From an uncultured Gemmatimonadales bacterium (GTDB taxonomy: Bacteria > Gemmatimonadota > Gemmatimonadetes > Gemmatimonadales > GWC2-71-9), in the NCBI GenBank assembly GCA_963779755.1, contig CAVZZO010000001.1, positions 1,952,001 through 2,016,000 of the forward strand: a stretch of 64,000 bases of DNA, written 5' to 3'. Of this stretch, positions 19,111-27,984 are shown piece by piece (positions within the stretch are counted from its first letter, which is position 1; the number at the start of each line of letters is the position of its first letter). The notes under the pieces are model-generated. The model was not told where the DNA came from. It did no database searches and worked only from the letters and a program-made list of their open reading frames with translations. The translations under genes and the position numbers were made by a program.

Positions 19111-20153
19111 GCGGCCTCCCCGGCCTCGCAGGCCGGCAGGGGATCCAGGGTGCGGCCGGCCGCCTCGGCGATGAGCCGGACCCGGCGCATGCACGCGGCG
19201 AACTCGACCAGCGACAGCGACTGGTCGCCGTCGCTCCGCGCCTGGCTGGGATCGGGATGGACTTCGATGAGGAGCCCGTCCGCCCCGGCGGCCACCGCGG
19301 CGCAGGCGAGCGGCGGGACCAACGCAGCCCGTCCGGCGGCGTGGCTGGGATCGACCAGCACCGGGAGGTGAGTTTCGCGCTTCAGGACGGGAACGGCGGC
19401 AATATCCAGCGTGTTGCGGGTGGACGTCTCGAAGGTGCGGATGCCCCGTTCGCAGAGGACCACGTCCGGGTTGCCCCGGGCCAGCACGTGCTCGGCGGCG
19501 TGCAGCAGCTCGGTGATCGTGGCACCCATGCCGCGCTTCAGGAGCACCGGCCGGCGGATACGGCCGGCCTCCGCCAGGAGAGTGTAGTTCTGCATGTTGC
19601 GCGCGCCGATCTGGATCATGTCGGCCACCTCGGCGACCTGCTCCATCCGGCGCGGGTCCATCACTTCGGTGACCACCGGCAAGCCGCTGGCCCGGCGCGC
19701 CTCGGCGAGGAGGGGGAGCGCGTCCTCGCCCAGGCCGGCGAAGGAATAGGGGGAGGTGCGGGGCTTGAAGGCCCCGCCGCGCAGCAGGGTGGCCCCCGCT
19801 GCCCGCACCGCGCGCGCCGACTGGAGCAGCATGTCGGCCCCTTCCACCGAGCAGGGGCCGGCAATCACCGCCACCTCGCGGCCGCCGATGCGGGCCGGCC
19901 CCACCCGGACGACGGTGGGCTCGCCGGTGCCGAGCGCCGCCAGCGGACAGGACACCGGGAGGGGCAGGGCGGCCTCCACCAGCGGATGCGCTCGGAGCAG
20001 ATCCGGATCGACCGGGCCGGTTTCGGGGATGCAGCGGAGCAGGGCGCCGTGCTCGCCGCGGGAGCATCGGGTGCGGGCGCCGCGGGATTCGATTAACTCA
20101 CGCAGCTGATCGAGCTGCTGCTCGGTGGCGCCGCGACGAACCAGAATGAGCAT
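19107..20153 (-). CDS. aroF: 3-deoxy-7-phosphoheptulonate (DAHP) synthase, type I-beta with N-terminal regulatory domain
   Basis: IAGPCSVE, RGGAFKPRTSPY, QIGARNMQN, LCERGIR and VDPSH motifs. GGAGG SD before ATG 20153. Confidence 0.95.
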   Translation of the reverse strand: MLILVRRGATEQQLDQLRELIESRGARTRCSRGEHGALLRCIPETGPVDPDLLRAHPLVEAALPLPVSCPLAALGTGEPTVVRVGPARIGGREVAVIAGPCSVEGADMLLQSARAVRAAGATLLRGGAFKPRTSPYSFAGLGEDALPLLAEARRASGLPVVTEVMDPRRMEQVAEVADMIQIGARNMQNYTLLAEAGRIRRPVLLKRGMGATITELLHAAEHVLARGNPDVVLCERGIRTFETSTRNTLDIAAVPVLKRETHLPVLVDPSHAAGRAALVPPLACAAVAAGADGLLIEVHPDPSQARSDGDQSLSLVEFAACMRRVRLIAEAAGRTLDPLPACEAGEAA

Positions 20154-20173
20154 ACCGTACCTCCGGGGGGGAC

Positions 20174-20205
20174 AAAAAAAGCGGCCCGTGAATTTCACGG
20201 GCCGC
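20174..20205 (-). terminator. Intrinsic terminator (attenuator) upstream of aroF
   Basis: Minus strand GCGGCCCGTG-AAATT-CACGGGCCGC perfect 10-bp stem followed by T7. Confidence 0.9.
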
Positions 20206-20227
20206 CGTCTTCGGAAACGCAGGGTCG

Positions 20228-20311
20228 CTAGACTCGCAAACGCCCGGTTCCGCGGCCCGTGGTTGGGGTCGCGTAGCTGAAATAGAAAGCGAAGCGGGAG
20301 CGTGTGGTCAC
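20228..20311 (-). CDS. Phe/Tyr-rich attenuator leader peptide (27 aa: MTTRSRFAFYFSYATPTTGRGTGRLRV)
   Basis: GTG..TAG ORF with an FAFYFSY cluster. It contains CACGGGCCGC (20252-20261), which is complementary to the 5' arm of the terminator. Confidence 0.85.
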   Translation of the reverse strand: MTTRSRFAFYFSYATPTTGRGTGRLRV

Positions 20312-20317
20312 GTGCTA

Positions 20318-20346
20318 TTGATACCATCCGGGCCGGCGGGCGTCAA
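20318..20346 (-). promoter_or_regulatory. Putative sigma70 promoter of the aro leader
   Basis: TTGACG-17 nt-TATCAA with TG extension, 6 nt upstream of the leader GTG. Confidence 0.5.
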
Positions 20347-20439
20347 GTATTTTCCCCTTTCCCCCTTCCCGTTTCCCTGTTCTCTGCGTGCCGGTCCCTT
20401 TCGCGAACGGCGGCACCGGCGCAGATTGCACCGGTGTTC

Positions 20440-20513
<74 letters not shown>

Positions 20514-20516
20514 TTG

Positions 20517-20560
20517 AGGACGGCAGGACGGCAAGACGGGAGGACGGCAGGACGGCAAGG
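20517..20560. repeat. Short imperfect 8-nt tandem repeat (AGGACGGC-like, about 5 units)
   Basis: gaggacggcaggacggcaagacgggaggacggcaggacggcaagg directly after the tRNA. Confidence 0.75.
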
Positions 20561-20604
20561 AATATCCTCGACCCTCTTAGTCCCCTCGACACCTCGACCC
20601 ACCC

Positions 20605-23229
20605 ATGCCAGACGAGCGCACCCGCCTGAAGGATGCCCTTGCCGACCGCTATGCCCTCGATCGGGAAATCGGGAGCGGGGGCATGGCCACGGTCTACCTC
20701 GCCCAGGACCTGCGCCACGACCGTCAGGTGGCGGTCAAGGTCCTCCGGCCCGACCTGGCCGCCACGCTGGGGAGCGACCGGTTCTTCCGCGAAATCCAGG
20801 TGGCCGCGCGGCTGCAGCACCCGCACATTCTGCCGCTGCTCGATTCCGGCGAGGCGGGCGGCTTCTACTACTACGTCATGCCCTATGTGCAGGGCGAGTC
20901 GTTGCGCGAGCGGCTGGCCAGGCATGGCGAGTTGCCGGTGCACGAGACGGTGAAGCTGCTCTCCGAAGTCGTGGATGCCCTGGCCGAGGCCCATGCCAAC
21001 GGCGTAGTGCACCGCGACATCAAGCCGGACAACGTGATGCTCTCGGGCCGTCACGCGCTGGTGATGGACTTCGGCGTGGCCAAGGCGGTGAGCGAGGCGA
21101 CCGGGCGGCAGAAGCTGACCACGGCCGGTATCGCGCTGGGGACGCCCTCATACATGGCGCCGGAGCAGGCGGCGGCCGATCCGCAGCTGGATCACCGGGT
21201 GGACATCTACGCGGTGGGGGTGCTGGGCTACGAGATGCTCACCGGCAGCCCGCCGTTTGGGGGAAAGAGCCCGCAGGAGATCCTGGCGGCGCAGGTGACC
21301 CAGGCGCCGGAGCCGATTTCGAAACATCGCCCAGCCGTGTCGGCGGCGCTGGAGTCGGTACTGATGAAGTGCCTGGAGAAGCGGGCGGCCGACCGGTGGC
21401 AGACGGCGGAGGAGCTGCTGGGGCAGCTGGAGGTGCTGGCCACGCCAAGCCTGGGGATGACGCCGACCCAGACCCGGCCGGTGGCGGCGGTCGCGGTCGG
21501 CGGCCGCGGGTTCCCGCTCTGGGCCGCCTGGGTGCTGGGCGGGGCGCTGGTGGCGGCGGGTGCTCTGGCATTGACGCTGCGGCAGCGAGCGCCCGCCGTG
21601 CTGGACCTGGGAAATCGCACCCCGCTGGCGGTCTCGCCGGACATCGAGCAGTGGCCCGACCTCAGCCCTGATGGAAAGCTGGTCGCCTACACCGTGGCGG
21701 ACACGGCCGGAGTTCACCTCACGGTGCGGCAGGTGGGTGGCGGGGTTCCCATCGCCATTACCGAAGGCACTCAGGCCTGGGTCGGCGCCATATCGCCCGA
21801 TGGCAGCCGCCTCCTGCATTCCGGCCCGAACGGTCTGTACGTCATGCCGCTCCTCGGTGGCCCCGCCCGGCCCGTAGCGGACATCAGCCCGATGGGCGCG
21901 GCGTGGTCTCCCGACGGACGGCGTGTCGTCCTTGCCTCCCGGGATACCCTGTTCGAGCAGAGCCTGGACGGCACCGGCCGGAAGCCGCTGGCGGCCGGCG
22001 TAGATCTGCATTCGCCCGCCTGGTCGCCCGACGGCAGGTGGATCGCCTACGTCGAGGGAAATTCGAGGTTCTACGGCCAGGGCAACAACGCGCCCAGCCG
22101 GATCCTGGTACTACCCGCCGCGGGGGGCACGCCGGTCGCCGTGACGGACTCGGCCTCGTTCAACACCAGCCCGGTCTGGATCCCCGGCCGGCGCGCCCTG
22201 CTGTTCATTTCCGACCGCGAGGGCGGCCGCGATATTTATCAGCTGGAGCTGACCTCCAGCGGGGCCGCGGCCGCTCCCCCGGTCCGCATCACGACCGGCC
22301 TCAACCCCGGCCGGATCAGCCTTTCGGCCGACGGGAAACGCCTGGCCTGGTCCACCGGAGTCCAGACGTCCAACATCTGGGAGATCCCCATCTCCGGTCG
22401 CGATTCGGTTCCGTTCTCCCGGGGCCGCCAGGTCACCACCGGCTCGCAGGATGTCGAGCAGGCAGACGTGTCGCCCGATGGCCGATGGCTGTACTACGAC
22501 TCGAACCTCGGCGGCCACTCCAGTATCTGGCGCCAGCCGCTGGCGGGAGGAACCCCGGAGCGCCTCACCAGCGACTCCGCCGACGATTTCGCCCCCGCCG
22601 TCTCGCCCGACGGACGCTGGGTCGCCTTCCACTCCACGCGCAACGGCAGTAGTAACCGGGACGTGTTCGTGATCCCGGCGGCGGGAGGGCCTGCCGTGCA
22701 GGTCTCCACCAGTGCCGGAGACGACCGGGTCCCTCATTGGAGTCCGGACGGCAGGATGCTGGCCTGGTCCGATAACGACAGGCCCGACAGCAATATCCTG
22801 GTAGCGCACCGGCAGGCCGGCGGGTCCTGGTCGGCGCCGCGGCGGCTTGCCGCGCGGGGATTTCAGGCAGGACAGTGGCGGCCCACGGGTGGGATCACGC
22901 TCGGGTCATCCGCTGGAATCTCGCTGCTGGACCCCGCGAGTGGGGCGACGACCCTTCTGGTGGACTCGACCGGGGCCCCGGGGGGGGGTGCGTACACCGC
23001 CTGGTCCGGGGACGGCAAGACGCTGTATTTCGCCGTACGGGATTCGGCGGGCCCGGTCGTCCGCCTTCGGGCAATCACGCGGCCGGGGGGCCGGCCGAGG
23101 ACGGTGGCGTACACCGATAATCCCCGGGCCCAGTTCTTTCGCTTCGGCCTGGCGGCGCATGCGGGATATCTCTACCTGCCACTGGTGGATGCAAACTGGG
23201 ATGTGTGGGTGGCGGATGTGGAGCGCTAG
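20605..23229 (+). CDS. Membrane Hanks-type Ser/Thr kinase with C-terminal TolB/PD40 beta-propeller repeats
   Basis: GSGGMATV, VAVK, HRDIKPDN, DFG and GTPSYMAPE motifs, TM segment FPLWAAWVLGGALVAAGALAL, and many SPDG repeats. Confidence 0.95.
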   Translation: MPDERTRLKDALADRYALDREIGSGGMATVYLAQDLRHDRQVAVKVLRPDLAATLGSDRFFREIQVAARLQHPHILPLLDSGEAGGFYYYVMPYVQGESLRERLARHGELPVHETVKLLSEVVDALAEAHANGVVHRDIKPDNVMLSGRHALVMDFGVAKAVSEATGRQKLTTAGIALGTPSYMAPEQAAADPQLDHRVDIYAVGVLGYEMLTGSPPFGGKSPQEILAAQVTQAPEPISKHRPAVSAALESVLMKCLEKRAADRWQTAEELLGQLEVLATPSLGMTPTQTRPVAAVAVGGRGFPLWAAWVLGGALVAAGALALTLRQRAPAVLDLGNRTPLAVSPDIEQWPDLSPDGKLVAYTVADTAGVHLTVRQVGGGVPIAITEGTQAWVGAISPDGSRLLHSGPNGLYVMPLLGGPARPVADISPMGAAWSPDGRRVVLASRDTLFEQSLDGTGRKPLAAGVDLHSPAWSPDGRWIAYVEGNSRFYGQGNNAPSRILVLPAAGGTPVAVTDSASFNTSPVWIPGRRALLFISDREGGRDIYQLELTSSGAAAAPPVRITTGLNPGRISLSADGKRLAWSTGVQTSNIWEIPISGRDSVPFSRGRQVTTGSQDVEQADVSPDGRWLYYDSNLGGHSSIWRQPLAGGTPERLTSDSADDFAPAVSPDGRWVAFHSTRNGSSNRDVFVIPAAGGPAVQVSTSAGDDRVPHWSPDGRMLAWSDNDRPDSNILVAHRQAGGSWSAPRRLAARGFQAGQWRPTGGITLGSSAGISLLDPASGATTLLVDSTGAPGGGAYTAWSGDGKTLYFAVRDSAGPVVRLRAITRPGGRPRTVAYTDNPRAQFFRFGLAAHAGYLYLPLVDANWDVWVADVER

Positions 23230-23277
23230 GAATCAGGGACCAGGAACCGGGGATCAGGGGCATTCCCCTCATCACCG

Positions 23278-24789
23278 ATGATCCGGCTTACCCTTCGCGG
23301 GGACCCCGCGCAATCGCGCGACTACACGCAGGCGCTGATCCGGGTGGGCCGCGGCTCCGGCTGCGATTGGGTGGTCCAGGGCGATCAGGCGGAGAGCGTC
23401 TCCCAGTTTCACGCCCAGATCTCCCTGCGCGACGGGTCCTGGCTGCTGCAGGATACCGGCAGCACCAACGGCACGCTGGTGAACGGGCAGCGGATCCAGC
23501 GGCGCGTGCTGCAGCCGGGCGATGTGATCAGGCTCGGCGCGGGCGGGCCCGAGCTCCTCGTCGAGATCGATTTCGACGCCATTCCCCGCGGTGCACCCGC
23601 CGTCATGAGTACCGCTCCACGTCCCGCCCTGCCCGATGATCCATCCAGCGACCTCCCGCCGGGCGATCCGGTGCCGGCGGGACGGCCCAGCACCGCCCTG
23701 GCGGTGGAACGGGCGGTATTGGATATCGAAGCGGCGCGCAGCGAATCCGGTGGCCGACGGCGCAGCACCCGTTCGCTCCTGCGCGAGGCGCTCCACGAGG
23801 TCTCCGCCACGGTGCAGGCGAGGACCCGGCGCCGCTGGGTGCGGGTGGTGCTCGGTGTGGCCGGCGTCGGGCTGCTCGGGCTCATGACCCTGGGCGTGAT
23901 CGTCGTCCGCCAGCAGCGGCAGCTCGCCGCTCTGCTGGCCCGGAAAGCGGCCATCGACCGGCAGATCGAACAGGTGCAGGAGGCCATGCAGAATGAAGAT
24001 GATCCCGGCCGCCTGGCGCAGCAGGAACAGCTGCTCGATGCGCTGACCGGCAACGCCGAGGCCACGCTCGTGGCCGTAGGACAGCGCGACAAGGCCCGGG
24101 CCGCCCAGCTGGCGCAGGGCAGCGACGAGCTGGACCGGGAGATCCGCCGCATTCTCTCCCAGTTCGACGCCACGACCTACGCGGTGCCCCCCATCTTCCG
24201 GGAACGGCTGCAGTATCACATCGACCAACTGGTTCACTCGGGAACCCTGGGCCAGGTGTACCGGCGCAAACAGAAATACTGGCCGATCATCAGGAAGGAA
24301 TTCGGCGCCCTGGAGTTGCCGGAGGACATGGCCTACATCGCCTGGGCCGAGTCGGAGTTCGATCCCGAGGCGCTGAGCGGCGCGGGCGCGCGGGGGATGT
24401 GGCAGATGACGGTCGCGACCGCCGAGCGCTACGGGCTCATGGTGAACGACTCGGTGGACCAGCGGCTCGATGTCCGCCTGCAGACCCACGCCGCGGCCCG
24501 CTATCTGGCCGACCTGCTGAGCGAGTTCGGCGAGGATGCCTTCATGCTGGCGCTGGCCAGCTACAACCGGGGCGAGGCCGGCGTGCGCCGGGCGCTGCAC
24601 GACGTGGCCGCCGATCCCGGCGGCTTCCGCCGGGACAAGCGGAACTTCTGGCATCTCTACCGGCTGAAGAAGCTGCCGCCGGAGACGCGGGAATACGTGC
24701 CCAGGGTGCTGGCCGCGGCCGTGATCGGGAGCAACCCCGAGCGGTACGGGCTCGCACCGGCCTCCTCGTCACCTCAGGCTTCCCATTAG
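23278..24789 (+). CDS. FHA domain - TM - coiled coil - SLT (MltD-like) lytic transglycosylase fusion
   Basis: FHA: VGRG, VSQFHA, STNGTLVNG. TM after RRR. SLT: AES (catalytic Glu), GARGMWQM, ASYNRG and ETREYVPRV. Confidence 0.88.
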   Translation: MIRLTLRGDPAQSRDYTQALIRVGRGSGCDWVVQGDQAESVSQFHAQISLRDGSWLLQDTGSTNGTLVNGQRIQRRVLQPGDVIRLGAGGPELLVEIDFDAIPRGAPAVMSTAPRPALPDDPSSDLPPGDPVPAGRPSTALAVERAVLDIEAARSESGGRRRSTRSLLREALHEVSATVQARTRRRWVRVVLGVAGVGLLGLMTLGVIVVRQQRQLAALLARKAAIDRQIEQVQEAMQNEDDPGRLAQQEQLLDALTGNAEATLVAVGQRDKARAAQLAQGSDELDREIRRILSQFDATTYAVPPIFRERLQYHIDQLVHSGTLGQVYRRKQKYWPIIRKEFGALELPEDMAYIAWAESEFDPEALSGAGARGMWQMTVATAERYGLMVNDSVDQRLDVRLQTHAAARYLADLLSEFGEDAFMLALASYNRGEAGVRRALHDVAADPGGFRRDKRNFWHLYRLKKLPPETREYVPRVLAAAVIGSNPERYGLAPASSSPQASH

Positions 24790-24792
24790 GAA

Positions 24793-24962
24793 CCGCAGAT
24801 TACGCAGATTACGCAGATTGACTCTATGAAATCAGCGGATCAACCCCGGCCTCTCTTCACCCCCGCACTTCTCGACCGGATTGGATGCTGGATCTGGGCA
24901 CCGCTGCCAAGATGGTTGCGGGTCGCTCCAGATTACATCTGCGTAATCTGCGTAATCTGCGG
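24793..24962. repeat. Perfect 26-bp inverted repeat built from 9-nt units, with a 118-nt spacer
   Basis: ccgcagattacgcagattacgcagat (24793-24818) and atctgcgtaatctgcgtaatctgcgg (24937-24962). Confidence 0.92.
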
Positions 24963-27537
24963 CTTCTTCCTCCCCAGCCTCGCCGTTGCTCAGAAGCCGG
25001 GGGCTCTGCCGTACCAGGATCCGCGATTGCCGATCGCCGAGCGGGCCCAGGATCTCCTGGGCCGCATGACGCTGGAGGAGAAGTTCTGGCAGCTGTTCAT
25101 GATCCCCGGCGATCTGGACGATCCGGCAAACGACTACCGCCACGGGGTTTTCGGCCTACAGGTGTCGGTGGTGGATTCGACCGGAAGCGCAGGCGAGATC
25201 GCCCGGGCCCACGCGTGCCGCATCAACGCCATCCAGCGCTACTTTGTCGAGCGCACCCGGCTGGGGATCCCGATCATTCCCTTCGATGAGGCAGTTCACG
25301 GGCTGATCCGGCCCGGCGCCACCATGTTTCCCCAGGCCATCGCCCTGGCCGCGGCCTGGGATTCCGCGCTGGTGGGAGACGTGGCCCAGGCGATCGCCCG
25401 GGAGACCGGGAGCCGGGGCATCCGGCAGGTGCTCTCGCCGGTGCTGAACATCGCCAGCGATGTGCGATGGGGCAGGGTGGAGGAGACCTACGGCGAGGAC
25501 CCGGTGCTTGCTTCGCGCATGGGCGAGGCGTTCGTGCGCGCCTTTGAGGCGCTGGGCGTGGCGGCCACCCCCAAGCACTTCGTGGCCAACGTGGGCGAGG
25601 GCGGCCGGGACAGCTATCCGATCGACTACGACCGTCGGGCGCTGGAGGAGCGGTTCTTCCCTCCCTTCCGGAGTGCGCTTGCAGAAGCGGGCGCGCATTC
25701 CGTCATGGCGGCCTACAACTCGGTGGGCGGGATCCCGGCCTCGCAGAACCGCTGGCTGCTGACCCATGTCCTGCGGGGGGAATGGCACTTCGGCGGTGTC
25801 GTCATCTCCGATCAGGCCGCGACCGCCGGCCCGACCGTGTTGCAGCACACCGAAGCCAGCACCGCCACTGCGGCGCAACACGCGCTCGAGGCCGGGCTGG
25901 ACGTGATCTTCCAGTCGGCGTATCCGCAATATCGCCCCTATCTCGCGGCCTTCCAGCGGGGCCTGGTCCCCCGGCCCGTGCTCGACACCGCGGTGGCGCG
26001 GGTGCTGCGGCTCAAGTTCGAGCTGGGTCTCTTCGAGCATCCCTACGCCGATCCGGACAGCGCGGCCCGGTGGAACGGCAATGCCAGGCATGCGGAGCTG
26101 GCGCGGCAGGCCGCCCGCGAGTCGATCGTGCTGCTCCGGAACCGGAAGGGTACGCTGCCACTGTCCCGGTCGATCGGCTCGGTCGCGGTGATCGGCTCCG
26201 ATGCCGTGGAAGCGCGGCTGGGAGATTACAGCGGTGCCGGAGCTCGGCCGGTGTCCATCCTCGACGGCATCCGCCAGGAGCTCGGCTCCTCGGCACCGGT
26301 GCGGTACACCCCCGGCCCGGGCCGGGCCGATACGGAGTATGTGACCATTCCGGCGGCGTTGCGGGGCGAATACTTCGCCAACCCGCGGCTGGAAGGGGAG
26401 CCGCGGGTGGTCCGGAGTGATACGCGGGTGGATTTCCACTGGACCATCAGTCCGCCGGCGCCAGGCATCCCACAAGACTGGTACTCGGTGCGCTGGACGG
26501 GGCAGGTGACCATCTCCCCCGGCGGGGTCCGGCGAATCGGCGTCGAAGGGAACGACGGCTATCGTCTCTACCTGGACGATTCGCTGGTCATCGACAACTG
26601 GCGGAAACGGTCCTACGGTGTGCGCCTCGCCCCCGTGGCGGTGGTTCCCGGCAGCAGCCACAGGCTGCGCCTGGAGTACTTCGAGACCAGGAGCAACGGC
26701 CGGATCCGGCTGGTCTGGGACGCCGGGGCCGCTCCCATCTGGCCGGCCGCGCTCAAGGCCGCCGTCGCGCTGGCGCGGACGAGCGACGTCGCCATCGTGG
26801 TCGCGGGCATCGAGGAGGGCGAGTTTCACGATCGCGCCTTGCTCGCGCTCCCCGGCCGCCAGGAGGACCTGATCCGGCAGCTGGCGGCGACGGGCACGCC
26901 GGTGGTGGTGGTCCTGATCGGCGGCAGTGCCGTCACCATGCCCTGGCTGGAGGAGGTGGACGCGGTGGTTGACGCGTGGTACCCCGGCGAGCAGGGCGGC
27001 CCGGCGGTGGCCGATGTGCTGTTTGGCGGCTACAATCCGGCCGGGCGGTTACCGATCACGTTCCCCGTCGCCGAGGGGCAGCTGCCGCTGTACTACAACC
27101 ACGAACCGGCCGGCCGGGGCGACGATTATGGCGACCTCACCGGGCTGCCGCTCTTTCCGTTCGGCTTCGGGCTGAGCTATACCACCTTCGAGTATTCGTC
27201 GCTCGGCATCTCGCCCGAGTCCATGGACGCCGCCGGCACGGCGGTGATCCGCTGCCGCGTGCGCAATACCGGAACTCGCGGGGGCGACGAGGTGGTGCAG
27301 CTATACATCCACCAAGTGCTGGGATCGGTGGCCCGTCCGGTGATCCAGCTCCAGGGCTTCCAGCGCATCCACCTGGAGCCGGGCGAGGAGCGCGAGGTCC
27401 GGTTCCGGCTTTCGACCGAGCAGTTGAGGACATTCCAGCGGGGTGGGGACTGGGTAGTAGAGTCCGGGGCATACCAGGTGATGGTCGGAGCTTCCTCCCG
27501 GGACCTCCGGTTGCGGGGGGTGCTGCTGATCCGCTGA
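24826..27537 (+). CDS. GH3 beta-glucosidase/xylosidase with PA14 insert and Fn3-like C-terminus, probably secreted
   Basis: MTLEEK, RLGIP, DEAVHG, WGRVEETYGEDP, KHF, VISD (nucleophile) and PFGFGLSYTTF motifs. Start uncertain (ATG 24826 or TTG 24916). Confidence 0.93.
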   Translation: MKSADQPRPLFTPALLDRIGCWIWAPLPRWLRVAPDYICVICVICGFFLPSLAVAQKPGALPYQDPRLPIAERAQDLLGRMTLEEKFWQLFMIPGDLDDPANDYRHGVFGLQVSVVDSTGSAGEIARAHACRINAIQRYFVERTRLGIPIIPFDEAVHGLIRPGATMFPQAIALAAAWDSALVGDVAQAIARETGSRGIRQVLSPVLNIASDVRWGRVEETYGEDPVLASRMGEAFVRAFEALGVAATPKHFVANVGEGGRDSYPIDYDRRALEERFFPPFRSALAEAGAHSVMAAYNSVGGIPASQNRWLLTHVLRGEWHFGGVVISDQAATAGPTVLQHTEASTATAAQHALEAGLDVIFQSAYPQYRPYLAAFQRGLVPRPVLDTAVARVLRLKFELGLFEHPYADPDSAARWNGNARHAELARQAARESIVLLRNRKGTLPLSRSIGSVAVIGSDAVEARLGDYSGAGARPVSILDGIRQELGSSAPVRYTPGPGRADTEYVTIPAALRGEYFANPRLEGEPRVVRSDTRVDFHWTISPPAPGIPQDWYSVRWTGQVTISPGGVRRIGVEGNDGYRLYLDDSLVIDNWRKRSYGVRLAPVAVVPGSSHRLRLEYFETRSNGRIRLVWDAGAAPIWPAALKAAVALARTSDVAIVVAGIEEGEFHDRALLALPGRQEDLIRQLAATGTPVVVVLIGGSAVTMPWLEEVDAVVDAWYPGEQGGPAVADVLFGGYNPAGRLPITFPVAEGQLPLYYNHEPAGRGDDYGDLTGLPLFPFGFGLSYTTFEYSSLGISPESMDAAGTAVIRCRVRNTGTRGGDEVVQLYIHQVLGSVARPVIQLQGFQRIHLEPGEEREVRFRLSTEQLRTFQRGGDWVVESGAYQVMVGASSRDLRLRGVLLIR

Positions 27538-27570
27538 ACACCTGGCCTGAGGGCCGGTCTGCGCCGCGCG

Positions 27571-27717
27571 GACGGCCCGGCCATCCCTCCGCGCGCTGGT
27601 GGTGCGCGCTCCTTTCTGGAGATCCCGATCCACTTCACCGCGCCCCAACGCGCGCTCCGGGATGGTCCAGCCCGTCGGCGCGGCTGGGGGAAGGCAGCAG
27701 CAGAAGGGGCCTCCCGC
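27571..27717. repeat. 147-bp structured direct repeat, copy 1
   Basis: Differs from copy 2 at 5 positions. Internally palindromic (ccatccc...gggatgg). Confidence 0.9.
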
Positions 27718-27806
27718 CGGGGCCGCTGGGTCCCGCAGGGCGCGTCGGAGCGCCCGCAGGTGGATTGGGGATGGCGGAAAAGCGAAGGGATCCGTGAGGG
27801 CGCGGC

Positions 27807-27953
27807 GACGGCCCGGCCATCCCTCCGCACGCTGGTGGTGCGCGCTCCTTTCTGGAGATCCCAATCCACTTCACCGCGCCCCAACGCGCGCTCCGGGATG
27901 GTCCAGGCCGTCGGCGCGGCTGGAGGAAGGCAGCAGCAGAACGGGCCTCCCGC
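27807..27953. repeat. 147-bp structured direct repeat, copy 2
   Basis: Matches 27571-27717, separated by an 89-nt spacer. Confidence 0.9.
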
Positions 27954-27984
27954 GCGGGGCCGCCGGGCAGGAGGCCCGTGTTTC

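Noticed and set aside
19107..20327. Extended aroF start at 20327 from the ORF track
   Set aside because: The extension runs through the leader and terminator. ATG 20153 has a GGAGG SD and a typical N-terminus.
20161..20346. T-box riboswitch as the aro leader mechanism
   Set aside because: No T-box consensus was seen and the region is short. A leader peptide plus antiterminator explains it.
27571..27953. CRISPR array
   Set aside because: There are only two 147-bp units, far longer than CRISPR repeats, and no cas genes.
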